Of a stretch of DNA of 64,000 bases, positions 54,341 through 64,000 are shown one piece after another; position 1 is the first letter of the stretch, and every line of letters begins with the position of its first letter. This stretch comes from Methanotrichaceae archaeon (lineage in GTDB: Archaea; Halobacteriota; Methanosarcinia; Methanotrichales; Methanotrichaceae). Location of the stretch: contig CAWEXU010000004.1 in the NCBI GenBank assembly GCA_963813075.1, positions 320,001 to 384,000 of the forward strand, read 5' to 3'. The position numbers and the translations under genes were made by a program. The notes under the pieces were generated by a model that did not search any database, was not told the origin of the DNA, and worked only from the letters and a program-made list of their open reading frames with translations.

Positions 54341-55715
54341 ATGAAGCTGGAGTTCTATGGAGCTGCCGGAGGGGTTACTGGTTCGCATATGGTCCTTGAT
54401 ACCCGGGATTTCCGAATTGGCATAGATGCAGGCCTCTTTCAGGGAGGCGATACCGATCGGAACCAGGATGGCTTTGGCCACGACCCCAATCGACTGAAAG
54501 CCATGCTCCTCACCCATGCCCATGTCGACCACAGCGGCAGGATTCCCCTTTTGATTAAGGAGGGCTTCAGGGGTCAGGTCTATTCCACCGATGCTACAAA
54601 AGATCTCTGCCAGCTCATGCTCCAGGACTCCGCCCACCTGATGGAAGAGGCAGCGGAAAGGGAGCGCCGCCATGCCCGCGAGATGAAAAGGCCTCCTCGC
54701 CCACCTCTATACACCAAAGAGGATGCCGAAAGGGCAGTAGGCCAGTTCAAATCGGTAGACTACTCAAAGAAATTTAACACTCGGTGACATATCGGTTCGA
54801 TTCAGCGATGCGGGCCATATCCTGGGCTCAACTATTATCGAGATGGATATTGGCAAAAAGAGGCTGGTCTTCAGCGGAGACCTGGGCCGGCCGGACACCC
54901 CCATCCTCCGTGATCCCCAGAGGGTGGATGAGGCCGACTGGCTGGTGCTCGAGTCCACCTATGGGGATCTGGATCACGAGAGGATGCCTGATCGGGGAAA
55001 GAGGCTTTTCCAGATCGTCTCCGAGACTGTGGAAGAGGGCGGGAATGTGATAATCCCGGCCTTCGCCATCGGGAGGACCCAGGAGATCCTCTATGAGCTG
55101 AATCCCTTTGCAGAAGCGGGCAAGCTCTCCGGGGTGAAATGCTTTGTGGACAGCCCCATGGCCATCTCCGCCTCTGAGATCTACCGCCGCCATCCGGAAT
55201 GCTTCGACCAGGAGACCCTTGACCTCATAAAAAGAGGTGACAGCCCGCTGGAGTTTCCGGGAATGGAGTACGCCCGCAGCAGGGAGAAGTCAAAGGCGAT
55301 AAATGAGCTGAAGGAACCGCATATAGTCATCTCGGCCAGCGGAATGTGCACCGGAGGAAGGGTGCTCCATCACCTGATGCAGAACATCGAGAGAAAGGAG
55401 AGCACAATACTGTGCGTCGGCTACCAGGCAGAGGGAACCTTGGGGCGAAGGCTGCTGGAGGGCATAAAGAGCGTCCAGATAATGAACCGAGAGTTTGAGG
55501 TGCGGGCGAGGATCGAATCGATGGACGCATTCTCCGCCCATGCCGGCAAAAGCGAGATCTTAGAATGGCTGCGCGCTTTTGGAAGCTTTCCCGGCCAGGT
55601 CTTCCTCAACCACGGCGAGGATCATGCCACAGAGGCACTGGCTGAGGCCATCAGAAGCGAGTTTGGCGCTAGTGTCACCATTCCAAAAATGAATCAGAGC
55701 TTCAACTTAGACTGA
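54341..55715 (+). CDS. MBL-fold beta-CASP ribonuclease-like protein, frameshift(s) near 54790
   Basis: GAAGGVTGS, THAHVDHSG, FSGDLG, ESTYG, PAFAIGRTQE, SASGM, FSAHA, HGE. Confidence 0.9.
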
Positions 55716-55790
55716 TGGCGGTGGGGAAGACCTCCTTTAAGGCAAAAGCCTATTTAGGACTGAGGCTATAATGAAGCGCGAGGTGCTAAG

Positions 55791-55919
55791 ATGAAAGTAA
55801 CCTATACCAAAAAGAATGGAGAAAAGGTAGAGCAGAAGTTTGACACTGAGGAAGAGGGAAAGAAGCTGAAGGAGAAGCTGAAGGCACAGGGTGTCACAGA
55901 CGCCAAATGGGAGTGGTAG
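55791..55919 (+). CDS. Small 42-aa protein MKVTYTKKNGEKVEQKFDTEEEGKKLKEKLKAQGVTDAKWEW
   Basis: GAGGTG RBS 5 nt before the ATG, TATTTA upstream, T-rich tract downstream; below the ORF-track cutoff. Confidence 0.75.
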   Translation: MKVTYTKKNGEKVEQKFDTEEEGKKLKEKLKAQGVTDAKWEW

Positions 55920-56242
55920 AGGCAGAAGATTTTGCTGAAAAATGCAAAGTCTCTTCAAGCTTAATTTCTTTCCACTATTTTTTGGGAATCGGCACACGGT
56001 ATTGTTTTCCTGGAGTTTCACCCCCTTTGCAGTGCTTATAGTATCCAGTTGTTTGTAAAAATAAATTGCAAATTAATCCTTAAAACGCTGGGTTTTTGCT
56101 CTTGATATCCGATATTTGTCTTGATAGCCGATATTTGGGCCCCAATCATCCACCATCTATAAGTAAAAGCATTGTACATAGTTATTAATTGCACTTCGCC
56201 CGAACCGGCTTGGTGATCTGCATTTGAAAAGATGGTGTTCAT

Positions 56243-57727
56243 ATGACAATAAGTGATCAGGTAACTCAGATCGTTGGGCCTATCAGCCCCAATATCTTCG
56301 GAGCTCTAATCGTCCTCATTGTGGGGTGGATAGTGGCCCTGATTGTCAGCTCGCTCGCTGGCAAAGCGCTGCGCCGTACAGCAATGGATGAGAAAATTGC
56401 TCAAATGGCAGTGGGAGAGGAAAGGGCCAGGTCCATAGACTCGAATCGATGGATTACCCGAATAATTTATTATGTACTATTATTCTTTGTAATCGTGGCA
56501 TTCTTTGAAACTCTTGGCCTCACCCTGGTTGCTCAGCCCTTGAATGAGATGCTCACGGTGGTCTTCGCCTATATCCCCAAGCTCTTTGCCGCCCTATTGA
56601 TTGCGATCGTCGCTTTAATCCTGGCGATGGTTCTTAAGAGGGTGGTACTGACAGTGCTTCAATCGGCAAAAGTCGATGAGAGCGTAGGCAGCAAGGCGGG
56701 AATGGAGAGAAAGGATGTGCCATTGAGCCAGACCATTGCCGAGATCGTATTCTATCTTGTGCTCCTCCTCTTCCTGCCCATGGTCCTCAATGCCCTCTCT
56801 TTGGGCGGGCTTCTCGAGCCCTTGCAGGTGATGATGTCCAAGATGCTGGCCTTCCTCCCCAATCTGCTGGCAGCAGCGGCCATCCTCCTCGTGGGCTGGT
56901 TTGTCGCCCGCATCGTGCAGAGGATCCTCACCAGCCTGCTGATTGCAATCGGCTCGGAGAGACTGAGCGAGAAGGTGGGCCTCTCCAGGGTATTGGGTGA
57001 GCGGGGGCTGGCCGGCCTGATCGGCCTGGTTGTCTATGCCCTGATACTGATCCCCGTCCTCATGGCTGCTCTCCAGGCCCTGGACCTGGTATCTGTCACC
57101 GGGCCGATCTCCAATATGCTCAACCAGATACTGGCGGCCCTCCCTGCAGTCTTCGGCGCCATACTGATCCTGGCCATCGCTTATGTGCTGGGAAAGATCG
57201 TGGCGGAGCTGGTCACAAACCTACTGGCAGCGGCGGGATTCGATTCCATTCTGGTCTGGCTGGGCCTGGGAAAGGAGCCGGCAGAAGGAGCGAGAAAGCC
57301 CTCCCAGGTGATAGGCAGCCTGGTGCTGGTGGCCATAATGCTCTTCGCCCTGATAGAGGCATCCAGAATCCTCAACTTTGCCCTGATGGCGGACCTGATC
57401 TATGAGTTCATCATCTTTGCCGGACAGGTTCTGGTGGGACTGGTGATACTGGCCATAGGCATTTACCTGGCCAATCTGGCCCATAACACCGTGATGGCCA
57501 GCAACACCACCCAGGCGAAGATGCTGGCGCAGGCTGCCAGGATCTCTATATTGATATTCGCCGGAGCCATGGCCCTGAGGCACATGGGACTGGCAAATGA
57601 GATCATCAACCTGGCCTTTGGACTGCTGCTGGGCGCATTTGCCGTCGCCGTGGCCCTGGCATTCGGACTGGGTGGAAGGGAGATCGCCGCCCGGGAGATT
57701 GAGAAGTGGTTGAAGTCCATGAAATGA
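56243..57727 (+). CDS. TM-helix repeat membrane protein (CmpX / MscS TM1-like)
   Basis: Repeated (Y/F)(I/L)P.L..A units; C-terminal ALAFGLGGRE. Confidence 0.85.
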   Translation: MTISDQVTQIVGPISPNIFGALIVLIVGWIVALIVSSLAGKALRRTAMDEKIAQMAVGEERARSIDSNRWITRIIYYVLLFFVIVAFFETLGLTLVAQPLNEMLTVVFAYIPKLFAALLIAIVALILAMVLKRVVLTVLQSAKVDESVGSKAGMERKDVPLSQTIAEIVFYLVLLLFLPMVLNALSLGGLLEPLQVMMSKMLAFLPNLLAAAAILLVGWFVARIVQRILTSLLIAIGSERLSEKVGLSRVLGERGLAGLIGLVVYALILIPVLMAALQALDLVSVTGPISNMLNQILAALPAVFGAILILAIAYVLGKIVAELVTNLLAAAGFDSILVWLGLGKEPAEGARKPSQVIGSLVLVAIMLFALIEASRILNFALMADLIYEFIIFAGQVLVGLVILAIGIYLANLAHNTVMASNTTQAKMLAQAARISILIFAGAMALRHMGLANEIINLAFGLLLGAFAVAVALAFGLGGREIAAREIEKWLKSMK

Positions 57728-57848
57728 GGTTGCCTGCACCATGGATCCGGGGATTGAGCGGTATTATCTGCCGCACTCCCGCTTTTTTTGATTGAGATCT
57801 GTCTGTACCATAGAAACGATTTAGTAATCCAGAGGAGATCGAGGGATT

Positions 57849-59132
57849 ATGTTTGGATCCAAAGATCATCTCAGCTTTAAGCATAACCACCTGTACATCG
57901 AGGAGGTTGACTGCTGCCAGCTGGCCGCAGAGGAGGGCACACCCCTGTATGTGACCTCCGAAAGGAGGCTACGAGAGAACATCCGACGCTATCATAAAGC
58001 ATTTCCGGATGCTGAGAAATACTTCGCGGTGAAGGCCAACGGCAATCTGGCCATTCTGCGAGTCGCCGCCCAGGAGGGAATGGGTGCGGACATATTCTCT
58101 GCCGGGGAATTGGCCCTGGTCAGGATGGCGGGCATCCCTCGGGATATGATCCTTTTCAACGGCAACTCCAAGAGCGAGAAAGATCATATAGCCGCCCTCC
58201 AGGCAAAAGTTCGCATCTCCGTGGACTCACGAGAGGAATTGGAGCACCTGGCCAGCACTGCTAGTGAACTGGATTTGGAGGCCGAGATACTTTTCCGGGT
58301 CAACCCCGATGTATCTCCAAAGACCCATCCCAAGATCGCCACCGGCCTGAGGTCCTCGAAGTTCGGCATACCGGCGGAGCAGGTGGTCGGGACCTATCAG
58401 AGGGCGATGGAGCTTGATGGGGTGCGGCCAGTGGGACTGCACTGCCATATCGGCTCCCAGATTCTGGACACTGCCCCCTTCGCCGAGGCGGCGAATAAGA
58501 TGATGGATATAGTTAGAGAAGTGGCGGCAAAAGGGGGAAAGGTGGAGAGGATAGACCTGGGAGGAGGCCTTGGCATCCAGTACCATCCAGACAATCCCGC
58601 CCCCCAGCCCTCCCAGCTCGCGGACGCTGTCCTGCCGGTTATCCAGGACGGTTGCCGGGATCTGGGGATCTCCCCCCGGCTTATGCTGGAGCCGGGCAGG
58701 AGCATAGTGGCGGACAGCACCATCATGCTCACTACGATTAACGAGGTCAAGAGGGCACACGTCAACTTCGTGGCTGCGGATGCGGGCTTCAATGTTCTGG
58801 CCCGGCCCATGCTCTACGACTCCTACCATCATGTCCTGGCGGCCAACCGTGCGAATGAGCAAGGTGATGAGACCTATACCATCGTCGGCCCTATCTGCGA
58901 GAGCGGCGATGTGCTGGCCCGCGACCGCCTTCTGCCCCGTCTGGAGAGAGGCGATATCCTGGCGTTCCTGGATGCCGGTGCCTATGGCTTCTCCATGGCC
59001 TCCCAGTACAACGGCCAGCCGAGACCAGCAGAGGTCCTGGTCTCAGGGGATAGCTGGGAGATCATCCGCCATAGAGAGAATGAGAGCGCTCTATTGGCCG
59101 GGCAGACCATCCCACCCCAACTGATGTGGTAG
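57849..59132 (+). CDS. lysA: Diaminopimelate decarboxylase
   Basis: FAVKAN, SKFG, HCHIGSQ, DLGGG, EPGR, GPICESGD, GAYG. Confidence 0.95.
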   Translation: MFGSKDHLSFKHNHLYIEEVDCCQLAAEEGTPLYVTSERRLRENIRRYHKAFPDAEKYFAVKANGNLAILRVAAQEGMGADIFSAGELALVRMAGIPRDMILFNGNSKSEKDHIAALQAKVRISVDSREELEHLASTASELDLEAEILFRVNPDVSPKTHPKIATGLRSSKFGIPAEQVVGTYQRAMELDGVRPVGLHCHIGSQILDTAPFAEAANKMMDIVREVAAKGGKVERIDLGGGLGIQYHPDNPAPQPSQLADAVLPVIQDGCRDLGISPRLMLEPGRSIVADSTIMLTTINEVKRAHVNFVAADAGFNVLARPMLYDSYHHVLAANRANEQGDETYTIVGPICESGDVLARDRLLPRLERGDILAFLDAGAYGFSMASQYNGQPRPAEVLVSGDSWEIIRHRENESALLAGQTIPPQLMW

Positions 59133-59137
59133 GCAGT

Positions 59138-59779
59138 ATGAGCGCTGATCTGTTAGCTGCTGCGGAAAAGATTATGGGCCTGATCCAGCCGCTGCAACAG
59201 GGGCCGTTCTCTATGGACCTGGGCAAGGTATTGGTCTATGTGCAGTCGGTGTCAAGGAGCCTGGACTCCTCTCGGGCCGCTCTGAAGGCATTGGAAGAGA
59301 AGATGGCCACAAATACGGGTGCGGAGCAGGATGAATACGGCAAGAGGAAGGCAGCCATAGAGCAGGCCTATGAGCGAAGCCATAAAAACGCCATCGCATT
59401 TGCTCGCCGCAATCTGGATTCGGCACGGATCCAGGCTCTGGAGGCCTTGGTGCGGCGCCCCCGCCTGGCCAGCAAAGCCGATCTGGATAAGAGGGGCCTT
59501 GCCCTGCAAAAGAGCTTCGACCGGATGGACGACCCCGCCCCGGCCATGCTGGATCACTATATAAGCACCTCCGATCCCCTGAACAAGTATCTTGTGGCCG
59601 GCCCCTGGGGCCACGAGTACCTGCAGAAGAGAAAGATCGATTCAGAGGAATATGACCTCACCCTCTGCGGGCTGTTGGACTGCCAGGATACTCTTGAAGG
59701 AAGAGTGGTGACTAGCTACCCCTCCATCTGCCGGGCGATCGATGAGCTGGAGGCAAAAGCTCTGGACGCCCTGGATTGA
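59138..59779 (+). CDS. Hypothetical protein
   Basis: About 213-aa helical ORF between lysA and sufC. Confidence 0.65.
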   Translation: MSADLLAAAEKIMGLIQPLQQGPFSMDLGKVLVYVQSVSRSLDSSRAALKALEEKMATNTGAEQDEYGKRKAAIEQAYERSHKNAIAFARRNLDSARIQALEALVRRPRLASKADLDKRGLALQKSFDRMDDPAPAMLDHYISTSDPLNKYLVAGPWGHEYLQKRKIDSEEYDLTLCGLLDCQDTLEGRVVTSYPSICRAIDELEAKALDALD

Positions 59780-59839
59780 ATCCCCGGGCCCGGAGGCAGC
59801 AAAAGGTAATATAATCCCTGAGCCAGACTAAGCGGGTAA

Positions 59840-60583
59840 TTGGAGGTGATGCGGCTGCTGGAGATTGAAGATCTGTCGGTCAGCATCGGCAGTAAACAGG
59901 TTTTAAAGAACTTCAACCTTAGGATTAATAGTGGCGAGACCCATGCCCTCTTCGGCCCCAATGGGACGGGCAAGACCACTCTCTTGAATGTCATAGCCGG
60001 GATTCCCAGGTACACCGTCGATACAGGGCGCATTGTATTCAAAGGAGAAGATATCACTCACATGACCATGGACGAGCGGGCGCGCCTGGGTATAGGCATG
60101 GCTTTTCAGCGCCCTCCGGCCATTCGCGGCCTGAGGCTCAAAGACCTGATCAAGATCATCAATCCCCAGGCAGATAGCGATGGCATTCTCAAGGCGATGG
60201 ACTTTGAAGCCTTCGCGGAGAGGGATGTCAACCGGGGATTCTCCGGCGGAGAGGTGAAACGCTCGGAGATGGTCCAGCTTCTGGCCCAGCAGCCGGACCT
60301 GGTGATGCTGGATGAGCCGGACTCGGGGGTGGACCTGGAGAACATCAAGCTCATAGGCGACGCCATAAACCAGCTCACGCAGAAGGATCAGCGGCCAAGC
60401 TACCGGACGAAATCGGGGATCATCATCACCCACTTCGGCCATATCCTGGATTACATGAAAGCAGACCGGGCTCATGTCATGCTGGGCGGAGCGATCGTCT
60501 GCAGCGGAAATCCGGGCGAGATCTTAGAGCAGATCAAGAAAAGCGGATACGAGGGTTGTGCGGGGTGCGCATGTCAAGCATAG
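59840..60583 (+). CDS. sufC: Fe-S assembly ATPase SufC/SmsC
   Basis: GPNGTGKT, FSGGE, LDEPDSGVD, C-terminal GYEGCAGC. Confidence 0.92.
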   Translation: MEVMRLLEIEDLSVSIGSKQVLKNFNLRINSGETHALFGPNGTGKTTLLNVIAGIPRYTVDTGRIVFKGEDITHMTMDERARLGIGMAFQRPPAIRGLRLKDLIKIINPQADSDGILKAMDFEAFAERDVNRGFSGGEVKRSEMVQLLAQQPDLVMLDEPDSGVDLENIKLIGDAINQLTQKDQRPSYRTKSGIIITHFGHILDYMKADRAHVMLGGAIVCSGNPGEILEQIKKSGYEGCAGCACQA

Positions 60584-61779
60584 AGGAGAAGGCCCGCAAA
60601 GCGCGAGATAAGAAGGCGCGCTTTGGAACCGATGTGGACCTGGAGAGCTACCAGTCAGAGGCCAAGCCCCAGAGCGCAGTCGAGGATGCTCTGGATCTGC
60701 CCAATGAGGTCAAGAAGGCAGCCCTGGACGTGGGCGTGACCCTGGATGACGAGAGCTCCGGGGCCTATATACAGATGGATCAGACCCCGGTGGTGGCCAA
60801 GTCCCTGTACGAAGGGGTGGAGATCATGGATATCGCCTCTGCCCTGAAAAAATACGACTTCCTGCAGGACTACTGGTGGAAGCTGGTGGCTGCGGACGCA
60901 GACAAGTATACGGCGGATGTGGCCGAGGCCCCTCCGGCAGGCTTTTTCATCCGCGCCAAAAAGAACATGAAGACCGTCTTCCCGGTGAAAAGCTGCCTTT
61001 ATCTGGGCTCCACCAACCTCAACCAGCGGGTGCATAACATCGTCATCGCCGAGGAAGGCTCTGAGCTGCATGTGATCACCGGCTGCACCACTCCGGCCCA
61101 TGTTCAGAGGGGGCTGCACATCGGCGTCTCTGAGTATTACATCCAGAAGAATGCCAAGGTGAGCTTCACCATGGTGCACAGTTGGGGAAAGGAGGTTGAG
61201 GTGCGACCGAGAACGGGAATCACCATTGCCGAGGGTGGATCGCTGTACAACAACTACATCATGCTCCGTCCGGTCAAGACCCTGCAGACCTTCCCCACGG
61301 CAACGCTCGCCGGCCGGGGAGCAGTGGCCAGCTTCAATACGGTGATCTATTCCACCATGGGCAATATCGATGTGGGAAGCGATGTATTCCTGAACGCTCC
61401 TGAGACCAGCGCCGAGTCCATATCCAGGGTGGTCTGCATGGGTGGGGATGTCATCGCCCGGGGGAGGATGACCGGAACTGTCCCCGGAGCGCGCGCTCAC
61501 CTGGAGTGCGTCGGACTTCTCCTCTCCAATGAGGGGCGGATCTACTCCATTCCGGAGCTTGACGGCCGTTGCCGGGACCTGGATATGTCCCATGAGGCAG
61601 CAGTGGGCCGAATCTCCGAGGAGGAGCTGGAGTATCTGATGTCCCGGGGCCTCTCATCCGAGCAGGCCACCAGCGTCATCGTTCGGGGCTTTTTGGATGT
61701 GGAGATCAAGGGCCTGCCCGAGGAGCTGAAAAAGGAGATCAAGGATATCACCATGAAAGAGGACCTGAAGGGATCCTGA
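60571..61779 (+). CDS. sufB: Fe-S assembly SufB/D-family protein (SmsB)
   Basis: HNIVIAEEGSELH.ITGC, HLEC.GL, IPEL, SHEAAVG, YLMSRGL. Confidence 0.9.
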   Translation: MSSIEEKARKARDKKARFGTDVDLESYQSEAKPQSAVEDALDLPNEVKKAALDVGVTLDDESSGAYIQMDQTPVVAKSLYEGVEIMDIASALKKYDFLQDYWWKLVAADADKYTADVAEAPPAGFFIRAKKNMKTVFPVKSCLYLGSTNLNQRVHNIVIAEEGSELHVITGCTTPAHVQRGLHIGVSEYYIQKNAKVSFTMVHSWGKEVEVRPRTGITIAEGGSLYNNYIMLRPVKTLQTFPTATLAGRGAVASFNTVIYSTMGNIDVGSDVFLNAPETSAESISRVVCMGGDVIARGRMTGTVPGARAHLECVGLLLSNEGRIYSIPELDGRCRDLDMSHEAAVGRISEEELEYLMSRGLSSEQATSVIVRGFLDVEIKGLPEELKKEIKDITMKEDLKGS

Positions 61780-61938
61780 GGGTCTCCTAACCTTTTATTT
61801 TCATTTTCTATTTTTTTGTTTATGATTTATCTTAATATCATTTATCTCATACACGTTGATTTCCAAAAGCACATAGTTCGGTTTATAAGATAATCAAAAA
61901 AAGTTAAGTCAGAGCACATGGCAGTGCCCTAACTTCAT

Positions 61939-64000
61939 TTAGCAGAACTCGGAACAGCCGCAGGGCCCGCAACCGCAGTTCCAGTCGATGACCAGTCGTC
62001 CAGTATCTGTGGAGGTGCATTCCCCGGTCGAGTCGGTGCAGGTAACGTAGTAGTCATAGACACCAGGAATATTCCAGTTGATATTCGCCGGGAGAACTAC
62101 GCTAAAATCATTGCAGTCGCCTGTACATCCCCCACCCAGAGAGGCTACCTTTCGCTTCAACTCTGCACTGTACTTCGGCTGGCTGTAGTCTTTGCAGACC
62201 ATTTTATCGCAGGTCCCTATGCAGACTATTGGCAGGCAGAAATCCGGTGCATTGGCGGAGCAGGTGCATTCGCATCCTGGTATTTGAGTGTGAACGCATC
62301 CTCCATTAACGCACTCATCGGTGGTGCAGACATCACCGTCATCGCAGTCAATTGCCTCATGCTGGCAGCCGGAGACTGGATCGCAGGTGTCGGTTGTGCA
62401 CGCATCCCCGTCGTCGCAGCTAATCTCCGCATGCTGGCATCCCTGGATTGGATCGCAGGTGTCTGTTGTGCATGCATCCTCGTCATCGCAACTTATTGCC
62501 GCATGCTGGCATCCGAGAACCGGATCGCAGGTGTCTGTCGTGCATGCATCCTCGTCATCGCAGCTTATTGCCGCATGCTGGCAGCCCAAGACTGGATCGC
62601 AGGTGTCTGTGGTGCAGGCATCTCCGTCATCGCAACTTATTGCCGCATGCTGGCATCCGAGAACCGGATCGCAGGTGTCTGTTGTGCATGCATCCTCGTC
62701 ATCGCAGCTTATTGCCGCATGCTGGCATCCGAGAACTGGATCGCAGGTGTCCGTGGTGCAGGCATCTCCGTCATCACAGCTTATTGCCGCATGCTGGCAG
62801 CCCAAGACTGGATCGCAGGTGTCTGTGGTGCATGCATCCTCGTCATCGCAGCTAATCGCTGCATGCTGGCAGCCCAAGACTGGATCGCAGGTGTCTGTTG
62901 TGCATGCATCCCCGTCATCGCAGCTTATCGCTGCATGCTGACAGCCAAGAACTGGATCGCAGGTGTCCGCAGTGCATGCATTGCTGTCATCGCAGCTTAT
63001 TGCGGCATGCTGGCAGCCAAGAACGGGATCGCAGGTGTCGGCGGTGCAGGCATTGCTGTCATCACAGCTTATCGCTGCATGCTGGCAGCCCAGAACGGGA
63101 TCGCAGGTGTCCGTGGTGCAGGCATTGCTGTCATCACAGCTTATTGCCGCATGCTGGCAGCCCAAGACGGGATCACAGGTGTCGGCAGTGCAGGCATTGC
63201 TGTCATCACAGCTTATTGCCGCATGCTGGCAGCCCAGAACTGGGTCACAGGTGTCGGCAGTGCAGGCATTGCTGTCGTTGCAGCTTATCGTGGCATGCTG
63301 ACAGCCGAGAATTGGATCGCAGGTGTCGGCGGTGCAGGCATTGCTATCATCGCAGCTAATCGCTGCATGCTGGCAGCCCAAGACGGGATCACAGGTGTCG
63401 GCAGTGCAGGCATTGCTGTCATCGCAGCTAATCGCTGCATGCTGGCAGCCCAAGACTGGGTCGCAGGTGTCCGTGGTGCATGCATTGCTGTCATCGCAGC
63501 TAATCGCTGCATGCTGGCAGCCGAGAACCGGATCGCAGGTGTCCGTGGTGCATGCATTGCTGTCATCGCAGCTAATCGCTGCATGCTGGCAGCCAAGAAC
63601 TGGATCGCAGGTGTCGGCAGTGCAGGCATTGCTGTCATCACAGCTTATTGCCGCATGCTGGCAGCCCAAGACTGGGTCGCAGGTGTCCGCAGTGCATGCA
63701 TTGCTGTCGTTGCAGCTTATCGTGGCATGCTGACAGCCGAGAATTGGATCGCAGGTGTCGGCGGTGCACTCATTTCCGTCACCACAGGCTACTGGAATAT
63801 ATGCACATGCGCCGGTTGCTGGATCACATGAGTCAGTTGTGCAGGCACTCTTGTCATCGCACACTTTCGAGGTGTTGACGCATTGATTGTTCACGATGGT
63901 ATCATTTGTGCAAGGGTTATTGTCGTCACATGGTTCATAATAGTAGGTGACGCGAAGCGTCTCATTGGCAAAGGTTCGCACCTTCTGATCGAAGCTGGAG
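61939..64000 (-). CDS. Large Cys-rich repeat (Dictyostelium CTDC-like) surface protein; 5' end outside window
   Basis: Frame open to the window edge; repeats ISCDDxxACTxDTCDPVLGCQHAA; Cys-rich C-terminal domain. Confidence 0.85.
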   Translation of the reverse strand, partial: SSFDQKVRTFANETLRVTYYYEPCDDNNPCTNDTIVNNQCVNTSKVCDDKSACTTDSCDPATGACAYIPVACGDGNECTADTCDPILGCQHATISCNDSNACTADTCDPVLGCQHAAISCDDSNACTADTCDPVLGCQHAAISCDDSNACTTDTCDPVLGCQHAAISCDDSNACTTDTCDPVLGCQHAAISCDDSNACTADTCDPVLGCQHAAISCDDSNACTADTCDPILGCQHATISCNDSNACTADTCDPVLGCQHAAISCDDSNACTADTCDPVLGCQHAAISCDDSNACTTDTCDPVLGCQHAAISCDDSNACTADTCDPVLGCQHAAISCDDSNACTADTCDPVLGCQHAAISCDDGDACTTDTCDPVLGCQHAAISCDDEDACTTDTCDPVLGCQHAAISCDDGDACTTDTCDPVLGCQHAAISCDDEDACTTDTCDPVLGCQHAAISCDDGDACTTDTCDPVLGCQHAAISCDDEDACTTDTCDPVLGCQHAAISCDDEDACTTDTCDPIQGCQHAEISCDDGDACTTDTCDPVSGCQHEAIDCDDGDVCTTDECVNGGCVHTQIPGCECTCSANAPDFCLPIVCIGTCDKMVCKDYSQPKYSAELKRKVASLGGGCTGDCNDFSVVLPANINWNIPGVYDYYVTCTDSTGECTSTDTGRLVIDWNCGCGPCGCSEFC
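62330..63860. repeat. 72-bp coding tandem repeat, 21 copies
   Basis: Unit ..GGATCGCAGGTGTC.G..GTGCA.GCAT..C.GTCATCGCAGC..AT..C.GCATGCTGGCA..; 21 CDP units counted in the protein. Confidence 0.95.

Noticed and set aside
62284..63831. 515-aa and other plus-strand ORFs over the repeat; CRISPR-like periodicity
   Set aside because: Stop-free shadows of the 72-bp coding repeat; no unique spacers and no cas genes

Overview
Chromosomal segment of a methanogenic archaeon, probably Methanothrix-like. This is inferred from rps8e, elp3, taw1, kae1, an intron-bearing tRNA-Trp, SMS-type sufCB and a DUF2206-like protein. The first ~11 kb is an AT-rich accessory region. It holds a polysaccharide pyruvyl-transferase gene, IS66 and ISNCY relics, and an intact ISL3 (8-bp target duplication) nested in a tiny IS200/IS605-type remnant. 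It also holds a multi-TM glycosylation-type protein and two genes with virus-like C-terminal modules. The rest is GC-richer core genome: an oxidative-stress cluster (Fur/PerR, His-rich peroxiredoxin, SOD), housekeeping and tRNA-modification genes, three tRNAs, cation antiporters, an RND/S-layer/RDD operon, lysA, sufCB and a 21x24-aa Cys-rich repeat protein. Signals missed by the ORF track include two free-standing box C/D guide RNAs (32122-32180, 43202-43259), the tRNA-Trp intronic guide (all three aimed at wobble C34) and a 42-aa small ORF. The best candidate for an undescribed system is a divergent pair of Cys-rich signal-peptide proteins, one fused to a winged HTH. About 20 small indels break 13 genes, including essential ones, and are most likely sequencing errors. 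All family calls come from motif recognition; no searches were run.
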